This document shows positions 47,839-58,167 of a stretch of 64,000 bases of DNA, in pieces. Every line of letters begins with the position of its first letter. Position 1 is the first letter of the stretch. The notes beneath the pieces were generated by a model. It had not been told where the DNA came from. It saw nothing but the letters and a program-made list of their open reading frames with translations, and did no database searches. The stretch covers positions 67,210 through 131,209 of the forward strand of contig JAUZSP010000007.1 of NCBI GenBank assembly GCA_030949385.1. The letters run 5' to 3'. Made by a program: the position numbers and the translations under genes. This DNA comes from Gammaproteobacteria bacterium (GTDB lineage: Bacteria > Pseudomonadota > Gammaproteobacteria > JAUZRS01).

Positions 47839-48630
47839 CTAAGTGGAGGAGACTTCGCTGTCAATAGGATTTTTCCCCACTGCCAACAGCGCCTCCACTT
47901 GACGTAGATCCGCCTCTGTATCAATGCCATGTCCTGGCACCAACAAAGACTCACCGCAATGGATTTTCACCCCATTCCAGAGCGCACGAAGCTGCTCCAA
48001 AGACTCCAACTGCTCCAACTCACACAATTCCATATCACGATAGGCATGTAGAAAACCAACCCGATACGCATAGAGACCAATGTGGCGAAAGGCCGTATTC
48101 ACCGAAGTGCTCTCTAACTCCAGAGCATCCCGCTCCCACGGAATCGGCGCACGACTGAAATAAAGCGCGTAATCCTGACGATCTCGCACCACCTTCACTA
48201 CATGAGGGTCGTGCAGCTCACTGGCACTGTGAATCGGCCAACAGAGCGTAGCGATGCCTGCTTGCGGATGTTGATGCAGATTAAGCGCCACCTGATTGAG
48301 AATCTCCGGCGGAGTCAGAGGTTCATCGCCTTGCAAATTGACCACCAGCGTCTCATCAGGCCAAGCGAGTTGTTGTGCCACCTCCGCAATGCGGTCGGTG
48401 CCCGAACGGTGCAGATTCGAAGTCATGCAGACCTTCGCGCCCAATTCCTCGGCCAGCCGATAAATACGCTCATCGTCCGTGGCAATCACCACCTCACTGG
48501 CCTCGCTTTTTAGCGCCTGTTCGTAAACGTAGGTCAACATCGGTTTGCCTGCCAACAGCGCCAACGGTTTACCCGGCAGACGGCTAGAAGCGTAACGGGC
48601 TGGAATCACAATACGAAAATCACAACTCAT
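47839..48630 (-). CDS. kdsB: 3-deoxy-manno-octulosonate cytidylyltransferase
   Basis: IPARYASSRLPGKPL, SGTDR, VNLQGDEP, HIGLYAY, LEQLRAL. Confidence 0.97.
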   Translation of the reverse strand: MSCDFRIVIPARYASSRLPGKPLALLAGKPMLTYVYEQALKSEASEVVIATDDERIYRLAEELGAKVCMTSNLHRSGTDRIAEVAQQLAWPDETLVVNLQGDEPLTPPEILNQVALNLHQHPQAGIATLCWPIHSASELHDPHVVKVVRDRQDYALYFSRAPIPWERDALELESTSVNTAFRHIGLYAYRVGFLHAYRDMELCELEQLESLEQLRALWNGVKIHCGESLLVPGHGIDTEADLRQVEALLAVGKNPIDSEVSST

Positions 48631-48634
48631 GATT

Positions 48635-48826
48635 CTAACTCCGCAAGCCCTCAACCTCCTCCAGCGTCAATTTGCGCGCCTCCTCTTCCAACATCACCGG
48701 CACATCGTCGCGCACCGGATACGCCAACGCATCGGCTTTGCAAATCAACTCCGCCGCTTTTTTATCGTACATCAGCGGGCTTTTGCACAACGGGCAAACC
48801 AAAATATCAAGCAGACGTTTATCCAT
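48635..48826 (-). CDS. ycaR: Trm112-family protein (YcaR)
   Basis: [27 protein letters not shown]. Confidence 0.92.
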   Translation of the reverse strand: MDKRLLDILVCPLCKSPLMYDKKAAELICKADALAYPVRDDVPVMLEEEARKLTLEEVEGLRS

Positions 48827-49799
48827 CACATTTCCTTTTCACTGCCGCCAAAAACGACGTTATAAACGGTTGATCCAACTCTGCCGTAACCGGCAGATAA
48901 TACATGTTCTGTGGTGTTTGCAAAGCCTGACACTTCACCGCGTCTTTTTCCGTCATGATCACCGCGAAATCGTCTTCAAAGTACAGATCCTCCGCTTGCA
49001 AAGCGTAATGATCCGGCAGAGGGTGTTCTATCACCTGCAGCCCTACGGCACGCAACTGGGCAAAAAAACGTGCGGGATTACCAATGGCCGCCACCCCATG
49101 CACCTGCTGACCGATAAAATCAGCCAACGGGCGAGAAGCCGCATCAGAGAGGCAAACCAATCGCTCACCGCGCAGATCAAAGCCCAGCTCATCACGGTCA
49201 CGAGCGCCGTTAATCAAAACCCAATCCACCGAATTTAAACGCGCGGGCGACTCTCGCAACGGACCTGATGGCAAGCGCCAACCGTTACCCAAGCGCCGCT
49301 CACCGTCCAGCACCGCAATCTCAAAATCTCGCTGCAAAGCGTAATGCTGTAAACCGTCATCGCACAAAATCAGATCACATTCCGCTTGCGCCAACAGATG
49401 CAGCCCCACCTCGTAACGCTGCGGCCCCACCGACATCGGGCAACCGCTGCGACGCACAATCAACAGCGGTTCATCCCCCACCCAGCTTGCCTCACTGCCA
49501 GCCGAAACGCTCTGTGGCCAACAATCGGCATCACCGCCATAACCACGGCTGATGATCCCCACCCGATAACCGGCTTGTGTAAGCTCTTTAGCCAAAGCCA
49601 CCACCAGCGGTGTTTTACCCGTGCCACCCACCGAAATATTACCCACCACCACCAGCGGTACCGGCAATCTGTTTGATTTCAACCACCCCCAGCAGAAAAA
49701 CACTCTGCGCAGCCAAGCCAATAGGGCAAACAACTGCGACAATGGCCACAAAAGAACAGAGAGCCAACTGCGGCGATACCAGTGCGACTCGATAACCAA
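48819..49799 (-). CDS. lpxK: Tetraacyldisaccharide 4'-kinase
   Basis: [45 protein letters not shown]. Confidence 0.96.
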   Translation of the reverse strand: MVIESHWYRRSWLSVLLWPLSQLFALLAWLRRVFFCWGWLKSNRLPVPLVVVGNISVGGTGKTPLVVALAKELTQAGYRVGIISRGYGGDADCWPQSVSAGSEASWVGDEPLLIVRRSGCPMSVGPQRYEVGLHLLAQAECDLILCDDGLQHYALQRDFEIAVLDGERRLGNGWRLPSGPLRESPARLNSVDWVLINGARDRDELGFDLRGERLVCLSDAASRPLADFIGQQVHGVAAIGNPARFFAQLRAVGLQVIEHPLPDHYALQAEDLYFEDDFAVIMTEKDAVKCQALQTPQNMYYLPVTAELDQPFITSFLAAVKRKCDG

Positions 49800-49801
49800 A
49801 A

Positions 49802-51568
49802 CTACAGAGTCTTTTCAGTAGCGAATTGCAATTGGTGCAGCGCCGCGTACGCGCCCTGTTTCGCCAACAGATCGTGATGACTGCCGCGCTCAACGATCTC
49901 ACCCGCCTCCATCACCATGATCTGATCGGCGTGTTCAATAGTAGAGAGTCGATGAGCGATCACCAAGGTGGTGCGGTTGTGCAACAACGCCTCTAAACCC
50001 GCTTGAACATGGCGTTCAGAATGAGTATCCAGTGCTGAGGTGGCCTCATCCAGAATCAAAATCGGCGCGTTTTTCAAAAAGGCACGAGCAATAGCCAAAC
50101 GTTGCCGCTGCCCACCGGAAAGCAACACACCGTTCTCGCCCACCTGAGTTTGATAACCATCAGGCAACGCTTCGATAAACTCATCGGCGTGTGCCGCCTT
50201 GGCCGCCTGCTGAATCGCCTCCAGACTTGATTCCGCCAGTTTTCCATAGGCGATGTTATTGGCAATGCTGTCATTAAACAGGGTCACATCTTGACCCACA
50301 TAGGCCAACTGATCCCGCAAGCTGGCCAAACTGACCTCGGTAATGGGCTGATCATCGAGTAAAATATCACCCGCTTGCGGTTCATATAAACGGGTCAGCA
50401 AATTGGCCAAAGTAGATTTGCCGCTGCCCGAACGCCCCACAAAGGCCACCGTCTGCCCTGCTTGCATCTCAAAACTGATGCCTTTTAGCACCTCGCCTTT
50501 GTCCGCTTGGTAGGCAAAACGCACCTCACGAAAAGCCACCTTGCCGGTGACCTTCTGCAACGCCATCTGGCCTTGATCCGGCTCCGACTCTTGATCCAGC
50601 AGCTCAAAAATACTCTGCCCCGCTGCGATGCCTTTTTGCAGCTCTTCATTGACCATCGTCAGCCGTTTCAAGGGCGCAAACAGCATCATCATAGCGATCA
50701 TAAAGGACATAAAAGTGCCAACAGTAACCTCATCAATCATTCTCTCACGGGTAGCTGCAAAAATAATCGACGCCAACGCCAACGCCGCCAAAGACTGCAC
50801 CAAAGGCACACTGATGGCGCGGGTTTTAATCATCTTCATCTGTTGCGCGCGATTCTCTTCATTGAGTTTTTCAAAGCGCTCATTCTCGTACTCAGTGCCA
50901 CCGAAGATCTTCACCACCCGATGGCCCTCAATCGCCTCTTCCACCACATGGGTCACCTGCCCCATAGAGCCTTGAATGCGGTGGCTGATGCGGCGAAAAC
51001 GGCGCGTAATGGTGCCAAAAATCCAGGCCATAAACGGCCCCACCAGCAAAAAGCCGAGGGTCATATAGGCATTGAGGTAAAACATCCAAGCCAGCAGCCC
51101 AAAAATGGTCAAGCTGTCACGAATCAAAACCGTCAAAGAGTTGGTGGCCGCCGAAGAGACGCGCTCCACATTGAAGGTCAGTTTGGAGATCATCTCCCCC
51201 GCCGAACTGCGGTCGTAGATCGCCGTCGGCAAGGTGATGAGTTTATGAAACATCTGCTGGCGCAACTGCTTAATGATATGCCAACCCACGTAGGCCATAA
51301 AATAGGTGGCAAAAAACCCCGCCACACCACGGGCGACAAAGATCCCCATCAGCACCAGTGGCAACCAAAAAATGACCTCGGGATCCCGCTCAACAAAACT
51401 GCCATCCAACAGCGGCTTCATCAAGGCTGCAAAAGCCGTATCCGTAGCGGCATAAACCGCCAGACCCAAAACAGAAACGCCAAAATAACGCCAGCGTCCG
51501 GCAACATAAGAGAGCAGACGACGATAGGTATTCAGCCCCTGAGAAGAGGCTGTTTCAGAAGAAGCCAC
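49802..51568 (-). CDS. msbA: Lipid A flippase MsbA
   Basis: Six-TM domain plus ABC domain (GRSGSGKST, LSGGQRQR, ILDEATSALD). Confidence 0.95.
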   Translation of the reverse strand: MASSETASSQGLNTYRRLLSYVAGRWRYFGVSVLGLAVYAATDTAFAALMKPLLDGSFVERDPEVIFWLPLVLMGIFVARGVAGFFATYFMAYVGWHIIKQLRQQMFHKLITLPTAIYDRSSAGEMISKLTFNVERVSSAATNSLTVLIRDSLTIFGLLAWMFYLNAYMTLGFLLVGPFMAWIFGTITRRFRRISHRIQGSMGQVTHVVEEAIEGHRVVKIFGGTEYENERFEKLNEENRAQQMKMIKTRAISVPLVQSLAALALASIIFAATRERMIDEVTVGTFMSFMIAMMMLFAPLKRLTMVNEELQKGIAAGQSIFELLDQESEPDQGQMALQKVTGKVAFREVRFAYQADKGEVLKGISFEMQAGQTVAFVGRSGSGKSTLANLLTRLYEPQAGDILLDDQPITEVSLASLRDQLAYVGQDVTLFNDSIANNIAYGKLAESSLEAIQQAAKAAHADEFIEALPDGYQTQVGENGVLLSGGQRQRLAIARAFLKNAPILILDEATSALDTHSERHVQAGLEALLHNRTTLVIAHRLSTIEHADQIMVMEAGEIVERGSHHDLLAKQGAYAALHQLQFATEKTL

Positions 51569-51573
51569 CCACC

Positions 51574-51987
51574 TTACTCCGAGCTGCGGGTCGTGGCGAT
51601 GGAGAGACGCACCAAACCGAGCTGCGCCGCCGCATCCATCGCCGTGATCACCGCTTGATGCGGTGTCTGCGCATCAGCACGAATCACCAAAGGTAGGTCT
51701 TTATTAGCCGAGGAGAGTTTAGCCAACGCCGAAACCAAAGTACTCAGCTGATTGTTCACCAATTCCTGACCGCCAATAAAGTAGTCTCCAGTGGCATTGA
51801 TGACGATCTGCAACGGCTGCACTTCAACGAGTGTATTGGCTGTGGCTTCGGGTAATGACACCTTCAACTCCGACTCACGCTGAAAAGTAGTGGATACCAT
51901 AAAGAAGATCAGCAATAGAAACACCACATCAATCAATGGCGCAATATTGACATCCAGTTCCTCTCGTGGCCGAGACTGGAACTTCAT
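51574..51987 (-). CDS. exbD: Biopolymer transport protein ExbD/TolR
   Basis: NIAPLIDVVFLLLIFFMV, IRAD. Confidence 0.92.
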   Translation of the reverse strand: MKFQSRPREELDVNIAPLIDVVFLLLIFFMVSTTFQRESELKVSLPEATANTLVEVQPLQIVINATGDYFIGGQELVNNQLSTLVSALAKLSSANKDLPLVIRADAQTPHQAVITAMDAAAQLGLVRLSIATTRSSE

Positions 51988-52619
51988 CCCGCATCCCCCG
52001 CATCACGGCTACGCTCGCCGTGCATCACCTCCACCAGCTTGATCGCCTCTTGCTCCATCTCAATCACCAACTCATCCACTTTGCCACGGAACAAGCGATA
52101 GAACATCAAGCTCGGGATGGCCACAGACAGACCTGCAGCAGTAGTAATCAAAGCTTGAGAAATCCCTCCCGCCAATTCACTTGGATTGCCCACACCGGCA
52201 CTGGTGATGGTGGTAAAAACGCTGATCATGCCCACCACCGTACCGAGCAAACCCAGTAGCGGCGTAATAGCGGCAATGGTGCCGAGCGCATTGAGAAAGC
52301 GTTCCAGCTCGTGCGCCACATGCCGCCCCGCTTCTTCAATACTCTCTTTCATTACCTCACGGCTGTGGTGACGGTTTTGCAGCCCAACAGCCATAATACG
52401 CCCCAACAAAGAACCTTGTTGTAACTGGCGAGTAGCCGCACCATCCAGGCTGGTGGTACCATTCCAGAGCTTCCAAATCTGTGCTGCACGGTGCTGCGTT
52501 GGCAAGACATTACCAAAGCGCAACGCCCAAAAACGCTCCACCACAATCGCCAAAGCGACCACGGAACAGAGCAGTATTGGCAACATCAACCAACCGCCTG
52601 CTTTTACCAATTCAAACAC
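51984..52619 (-). CDS. exbB: MotA/TolQ/ExbB proton channel protein
   Basis: GTIAAITPLLGLLGTVVGMI, GISQALITTAAGL. Confidence 0.92.
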   Translation of the reverse strand: MFELVKAGGWLMLPILLCSVVALAIVVERFWALRFGNVLPTQHRAAQIWKLWNGTTSLDGAATRQLQQGSLLGRIMAVGLQNRHHSREVMKESIEEAGRHVAHELERFLNALGTIAAITPLLGLLGTVVGMISVFTTITSAGVGNPSELAGGISQALITTAAGLSVAIPSLMFYRLFRGKVDELVIEMEQEAIKLVEVMHGERSRDAGDAG

Positions 52620-52684
52620 AGCTGCACACCCTCGTTGTGATTCTTAAAATAAGGTCAGCAATGATACTCTGTTTCGCTGCCTTT

Positions 52685-55249
52685 TTAACACACTTCCAAA
52701 GAATCTCGGCGCTCTAACTCCGATTGATCAAGCGACCCCTCACCGCTGCGCAGCTGGAAAAAGCCAATCAACTGTTGCAATTGCACCGACTGACCGCGCA
52801 TCTCTTCCGCCGTTGCCGCCAACTCTTCCGAGGCCGAGGCGTTCTGCTGAGTCACCTGATCCAACTGCCCCATCGTATTGGCAATCTGCCCTACCCCAAC
52901 AGACTGAGACTGAGACGAGAGGCTGATCTCCTCCACCAACGTGGCGGTTTTATTGATGCTCGGCACCATCTCTTCCAGCACCGCCCCCGCTTGACGGGCA
53001 ATATCAACGCTCGAACTGGCCAACGCACCGATTTCCGATGCGGCGGTTTGGCTGCGTTCCGCCAGTTGACGCACTTCGGAAGCCACCACCGCAAACCCTT
53101 TGCCGTGTTCACCGGCACGTGCCGCTTCAATGGCCGCATTGAGCGCCAAAATATTAGTCTGAAAAGCGATCTCCGCAATCACCGAGATTTTCTCCTCAAT
53201 CTGACTCATTGCAGTCACGGTCTCTTTGACCGCCTTACCGCCTTTTTTAGCCGATTCAACCGCCAAAGTAGCAATGCCTCCCGTGGTTTTAGCGTTGTCG
53301 GCATTCTGTCTAATCGAGTCGTTCATTCGTTCAACACTGGCCGAGGTCTGCTCCATACTGGCCGCCTGCTCACTTGCACCGTGGCTCAAACTCTGTGCCG
53401 TGCTGCTGACCTGTTTCGAGGCATTGGAAATCGCATCGGCATTTTCACGCACATTACCGATCACCTGTGAAAGCCGGTCAATGGTGGTATTGGCGTCTTG
53501 TTTTAGCTGTGCAAACACGCCTTGATAATCGGCCTCAATGCGCTGGGTCAAATCCCCTTCCGACAACGCTCGCAACACCCGCATCACATCGCCAATGCCG
53601 GTTTCGCTGGTCTGTAAAACGTCGTTAATACCCGTTGCCAAACGCTGATAAAAACCCGACTTATCTTGCACATCAATGCGACGGCTGAAATCACCGGCCA
53701 CTGCGGCATCCACAATCGCGCTGACCTCTTTTTCCACTTCCGCTTCAGCGGTACGATTGTTCCATTCCGCCACAATCCCCACGCGCTGACCGTCATCATC
53801 CAACACGGGGCTTACAATCAAATCCAAATCCAACCCCGCCACCTTAATATTCGACTCAGTGCTGCTGTTCAGGCTCGCCAACAGGGAACGCTGATGGCTT
53901 GGGTTACGGTGAAACAAGTCGATGTTTTGCCCCAATAAAAAATCGGGGTTAAAGTTTTTAATCACGGTTTTCAGTTGCGGGGCAATCTCTCTCATCAAGG
54001 TACTGGCGGCGTCGTTCATATAGATAATATTCAGATCCGCATTGGTTAACATCACATTGGCAGAGGTGCTGTCCAGCGCTGATTTAATCCGCGCATTGGC
54101 CGCCGATATTTCGCGTTCCGATTCAATGCGCTGTTTCAAATTATTCTGCATAATTTGAAACGCCTTCAATAATTGACCGGTTTCATCTTTGGATGACACA
54201 TTAATCGTAGAACTAAAATCATCATTGGCAATACGGTTGGCCACCGAGACGGCGGCTTTAATCGCTTTGGTAATGCCCGAGGTAACAAAGAAGGCCAGTG
54301 ATAAACCCACCAACAACGAAACAACAATAACAGCCAACAATAACAAATGGGTACTGCTCACCACCGATTCTACCGTTACACCCACATCATCTAATTCATT
54401 CCAAGCGATGGCCTGAATGCGCAATGCAGCATCAGCAATCCTCTCACGCAGGGGGTCTAACACAGCAGAAATCAGTCGATCACGCTCTTTAATCGCAATC
54501 ACCAAATCTTCAAAATCTGTTCCATAATGATGCAGTTCTTTCTCAATCTGCTCTAACCACTCTCGTCGACGCGGATCGGTAATGGCATCGTCCATCTCAT
54601 AAAAACCGCTTTCTGTGGCCAGCATTTCCATCCGAAATCGCTCTGCATCTTGCCCAAGATGACTCACCACATAATGCTCTAGAAAAACACTGGCGTTCAT
54701 AAAAGACTTTAGGGACACCAAAGCCGCCTCAGCCACCACCATTTTTTTATCGACAAAGGCCATCTCAGCAATATCAATTAATAATTTTTCCGTTTCAGGG
54801 CCGTGTTGCTGCAACAGTTGTTGCAACAGATCACGCTGCTGATTCATCTGTGGCACCACCTGTTGTAAAAAAATACGATTGTATTGCTGATCTTGAGACA
54901 ACAATAAAGCAACCACTTTTTTCTCTTCGTCACTCTCCACCAACGCGGTTAAACGCTCGCCAATCTCCTCGCTACTCATCTGTAAAACCTCGAAACGCCC
55001 CGCATCAAACGGATCACCGGTGCGCAAATACGTCTCTACCACGGTCTCTTTTTTCAATAAATTATGCAACAGCGCCGTGGCCTCATTCGCCTCGGGCACC
55101 AACACCGTGGTCAACAGGGATACATCCTCACCTATCGTATTGAGCTTCCACCACGTCACCCCACCCGAGAGCAGCAGAAACAGCGCCACCACAGCAGGCA
55201 ACGCCATAATTTTGCTGGCCAATTTCATATCCATCATTTTTAACAACAT
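52685..55249 (-). CDS. Methyl-accepting chemotaxis protein: TM-periplasmic sensor-TM-HAMP-PAS-HAMP-signalling domain
   Basis: Two TM helices flanking a ~280 aa helical domain; DETGQL HAMP; [15 protein letters not shown]...[16 protein letters not shown]; [30 protein letters not shown]. Confidence 0.93.
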   Translation of the reverse strand: MLLKMMDMKLASKIMALPAVVALFLLLSGGVTWWKLNTIGEDVSLLTTVLVPEANEATALLHNLLKKETVVETYLRTGDPFDAGRFEVLQMSSEEIGERLTALVESDEEKKVVALLLSQDQQYNRIFLQQVVPQMNQQRDLLQQLLQQHGPETEKLLIDIAEMAFVDKKMVVAEAALVSLKSFMNASVFLEHYVVSHLGQDAERFRMEMLATESGFYEMDDAITDPRRREWLEQIEKELHHYGTDFEDLVIAIKERDRLISAVLDPLRERIADAALRIQAIAWNELDDVGVTVESVVSSTHLLLLAVIVVSLLVGLSLAFFVTSGITKAIKAAVSVANRIANDDFSSTINVSSKDETGQLLKAFQIMQNNLKQRIESEREISAANARIKSALDSTSANVMLTNADLNIIYMNDAASTLMREIAPQLKTVIKNFNPDFLLGQNIDLFHRNPSHQRSLLASLNSSTESNIKVAGLDLDLIVSPVLDDDGQRVGIVAEWNNRTAEAEVEKEVSAIVDAAVAGDFSRRIDVQDKSGFYQRLATGINDVLQTSETGIGDVMRVLRALSEGDLTQRIEADYQGVFAQLKQDANTTIDRLSQVIGNVRENADAISNASKQVSSTAQSLSHGASEQAASMEQTSASVERMNDSIRQNADNAKTTGGIATLAVESAKKGGKAVKETVTAMSQIEEKISVIAEIAFQTNILALNAAIEAARAGEHGKGFAVVASEVRQLAERSQTAASEIGALASSSVDIARQAGAVLEEMVPSINKTATLVEEISLSSQSQSVGVGQIANTMGQLDQVTQQNASASEELAATAEEMRGQSVQLQQLIGFFQLRSGEGSLDQSELERRDSLEVC

Positions 55250-55301
55250 GGTTCAACTCCAAAACCAACATGAATCATCTCATTCACTCGAAAAACCAAC
55301 C

Positions 55302-56210
55302 TTAACTTTTCGTCAAAGCCCTGATGTTTTCTGCAATCAACTGCATCTGAGACAACACATCAGCAGGGTGTTTTCCTTCCAACAGTTCAACCTCAGGACG
55401 AGGCGTATTGATTTCCAGTGCCACTTTAATGCGCACCAGTTCCGCCAATAAAATATGGGTGGTGTCGTACACATCAGAAGGGGTGATTTTGCCATTGGGG
55501 AAGCTCGGTGCGCGCAGTGGCTCGATGTTTAATTTACGCTGCAAACGAGCCAGCAGGTGCATGTTTTTAAAACTCTGTAAATTGACATCTTTGGGCTGCT
55601 TATTCGCAACGGATTCAGGTGCTTTTGTTAATACAGAAAACCCCAACTTAGTTGAAATTTGCCCCAGCTCCGCCAAAATCAAGCGACTGTTGCGAAACAC
55701 AAATGAAGGCTTAATCTCACCGGCTACAGCATCCAAAAGATAAGAGACATTCCACATATTTTCATACGCATCGGAGGGACGTTTACCCGCCACAAATTGC
55801 GGCTCTTGAATCTCTTCAGCGATCTCTAGTTTTTTCTTCAAACGACGCAACTCAAGCAAAATACGCTCACTGACGGCAAACACCTCCGTTGGCGATATGT
55901 TTCGAATCGGAATACTGCCAACCTCTGTCGGAGTCAGTCCCTGCCGCGTTTGCGCGCGCGCCACTTTCTCCATCACCTCTAAGGCTTTGGCATAGACATG
56001 GATCGGTTTTTTCTTTACCTGTACCCCAGAATGACGAGGCGTGTCCTGCGCGCCCAATTTCTGCCGAATTAGGCTGATTTCAGCCATCATACGTTGTGTA
56101 TTTTGATAGACATGGCTGGGAGAGATCCCCTCCGCAAGCGCCAAATGGGGAAAAAACAGGGAAAAACAAGACAAAAAGAGAGCAACAGCAAGACGTTGTA
56201 CAGATTTCAT
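55302..56210 (-). CDS. Secreted hypothetical protein with four internal ~60-75 aa repeats
   Basis: Signal peptide ending in ALA; I(S/K/T)P.V(Y/F)...I..EL..I...L...K.P.DV repeated four times. Confidence 0.7.
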   Translation of the reverse strand: MKSVQRLAVALFLSCFSLFFPHLALAEGISPSHVYQNTQRMMAEISLIRQKLGAQDTPRHSGVQVKKKPIHVYAKALEVMEKVARAQTRQGLTPTEVGSIPIRNISPTEVFAVSERILLELRRLKKKLEIAEEIQEPQFVAGKRPSDAYENMWNVSYLLDAVAGEIKPSFVFRNSRLILAELGQISTKLGFSVLTKAPESVANKQPKDVNLQSFKNMHLLARLQRKLNIEPLRAPSFPNGKITPSDVYDTTHILLAELVRIKVALEINTPRPEVELLEGKHPADVLSQMQLIAENIRALTKS

Positions 56211-56297
56211 AATACACCTCAAAGACAGCACAAATAAAAGACCAGAAAGCCTTATTTGTAGCAATGAGGCAAAACGCTTGCCATAAAGTAAACGTGT

Positions 56298-56867
56298 TTA
56301 TTCAGATCTGAGCCGTTGAGCCACCGGACGAAAGCTGCGTCGATGTTCATCAATCACACCAAATTCCAGCAGCGCCTGACGATGGGCTTTGGTGGGGTAG
56401 CCTTTGTGCTGGGCAAAACCGTACTGCGGGTATTTTTGATCCAAAACCCGCATCTGACGATCTCGATACACCTTGGCCAAAATCGACGCTGCACTGATCT
56501 GTGCCACCAACGCATCGCCTTTCACAATCGCTTCACAAGGCAAATCAATATCAGGACAGCGATTGCCGTCCACTTGCACCAAGTGCGGAATAATCGTCAA
56601 ACCTTCAACGGCACGCTTCATCGCCAACATCGTCGCCTGCAAAATATTGATTTTATCAATTTCCGCTGCCGTTGCCTCCGCAATGCAAAAGGCCAGCGCC
56701 TTGTCCTGAATCTCGGCAAACAGTGCTTCACGTTTTTTTTCACTGAGTTTTTTTGAGTCCATCAAACCCACAATCGGACGATCTGGGTTTAAAATCACCG
56801 CCGCTGTCACCACCGAACCCACTAATGGCCCTCTGCCTACTTCATCCACACCGGCCAAATATGTCAC
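56298..56867 (-). CDS. rnhB: Ribonuclease HII
   Basis: [23 protein letters not shown]...[18 protein letters not shown]. Confidence 0.97.
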   Translation of the reverse strand: MTYLAGVDEVGRGPLVGSVVTAAVILNPDRPIVGLMDSKKLSEKKREALFAEIQDKALAFCIAEATAAEIDKINILQATMLAMKRAVEGLTIIPHLVQVDGNRCPDIDLPCEAIVKGDALVAQISAASILAKVYRDRQMRVLDQKYPQYGFAQHKGYPTKAHRQALLEFGVIDEHRRSFRPVAQRLRSE

Positions 56868-58141
56868 GAGGCCAATACCACTCGATTTCGCCCCTCAGAC
56901 TTGGCCGCATAAAGCGCCTGATCGGCGCGTTTTATCAATTCCGTTGCCGGTATATCAAGACGAGGCACCATTGAAGCCACCCCAATACTGACCGTCACCA
57001 CCTTGCCCTTAACGTGTGGAATCGCCAACGCTTCGATCAACTCATTGCAACGCATGGCGTCGTTATAAGACTCCACGCTGTTGGGCAAAATAACGGAAAA
57101 CTCCTCACCGCCAAAACGCGCCACCAAATCTGCCGGTCGTCTAAAGGCACTCGCCAAAGTAGTCGCAATCTTGATCAGGCATTCATCACCGGCCAAATGA
57201 CCGTAGTGATCATTAAAAGCTTTGAAATAGTCCACATCAATCATCAACACCGAAAGCGGCGACTTTTCCCGAATCGCTCGCTGCCACTCATTTTCAAAAC
57301 AGTCGTCAAAATGACGACGGTTGGCAATGGCGGTTAAGGCATCCATCATCGACAAGCGTTTTAGAGCATCATTGCTCGCATGAATTTGCGCTAAATTTTT
57401 TGCTCGCTCCCGTTCATAACGAAAAAAGAAGCCAAAAACAATCGTCGCCAGCAACAGCAAAAACAAGATCAATAGAATATGCACCAGCTCAAATTGCCTG
57501 AGCTTCACATCAACATTGTGTTGTAAACCCGCCTCTAACTGGTCTGCGCTAACCAGCAACCTTTTAAAGAGAGCGTCATAACGTTGATCAATGTCACTGC
57601 CAATACCTGAGCTTTTGACGTTTTGAAAACGCTGTAGAGTCATGCTTCTAAACCGTTGCAACTGCACCACAATCTTCTCAGCGTCGTCGATCAACAGAGG
57701 ATCTTGCAGTGCTAGAAAACGCCCCTCATGATTTTCTCCACCGTGCAACATCGCGTTCGCATACCAAACCGCACGATCAAGGTGAGACAAAACCGTATCA
57801 ATACTTTCTGCTTCATCGTTGCTGATCAACTCTTCAAACCACAAATGAGCGGAAGCCGCCTCCAATTTGATCACCATCGAAGCGTCCAGCAGCGGCACGT
57901 AACGCTCCATGATTCGATAACTAAACGTAAAGCTGATGTTGAGCATTGAGATGATTAACACCGTCGCCAAGGAGATAAGCAACAACAATTTTGACGGCAC
58001 ACGATTACGCCAACCGCCCGTCAATGCTCTTTTTATTCCTAAAAATATTGTAAAACACCCACCAATACAACATAAAATTAATAATAACAGCAACAACGGC
58101 CAATATCTGCGCTTTGTAATATCGGGTACAATTGCTCTCAT
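56864..58141 (-). CDS. Membrane-anchored diguanylate cyclase (start uncertain; could be near GTG 58000)
   Basis: Periplasmic helical sensor (HLWFEE); [29 protein letters not shown]-site, RFGGEEF. Confidence 0.9.
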   Translation of the reverse strand: MRAIVPDITKRRYWPLLLLLLILCCIGGCFTIFLGIKRALTGGWRNRVPSKLLLLISLATVLIISMLNISFTFSYRIMERYVPLLDASMVIKLEAASAHLWFEELISNDEAESIDTVLSHLDRAVWYANAMLHGGENHEGRFLALQDPLLIDDAEKIVVQLQRFRSMTLQRFQNVKSSGIGSDIDQRYDALFKRLLVSADQLEAGLQHNVDVKLRQFELVHILLILFLLLLATIVFGFFFRYERERAKNLAQIHASNDALKRLSMMDALTAIANRRHFDDCFENEWQRAIREKSPLSVLMIDVDYFKAFNDHYGHLAGDECLIKIATTLASAFRRPADLVARFGGEEFSVILPNSVESYNDAMRCNELIEALAIPHVKGKVVTVSIGVASMVPRLDIPATELIKRADQALYAAKSEGRNRVVLAS

Positions 58142-58167
58142 CTTTAAACATCAGATGACCTACAAAC

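Noticed and set aside
50507-51658. 383-aa plus-strand ORF, and similar long antisense ORFs (1285-2019, 16199-16987, 52724-53470)
   Set aside because: Antisense shadows of msbA, mtaD, the beta-helix gene and the MCP
52620-52684. comEC absent from its usual position upstream of exbB-exbD-msbA
   Set aside because: Absence from the window says nothing about loss from the genome
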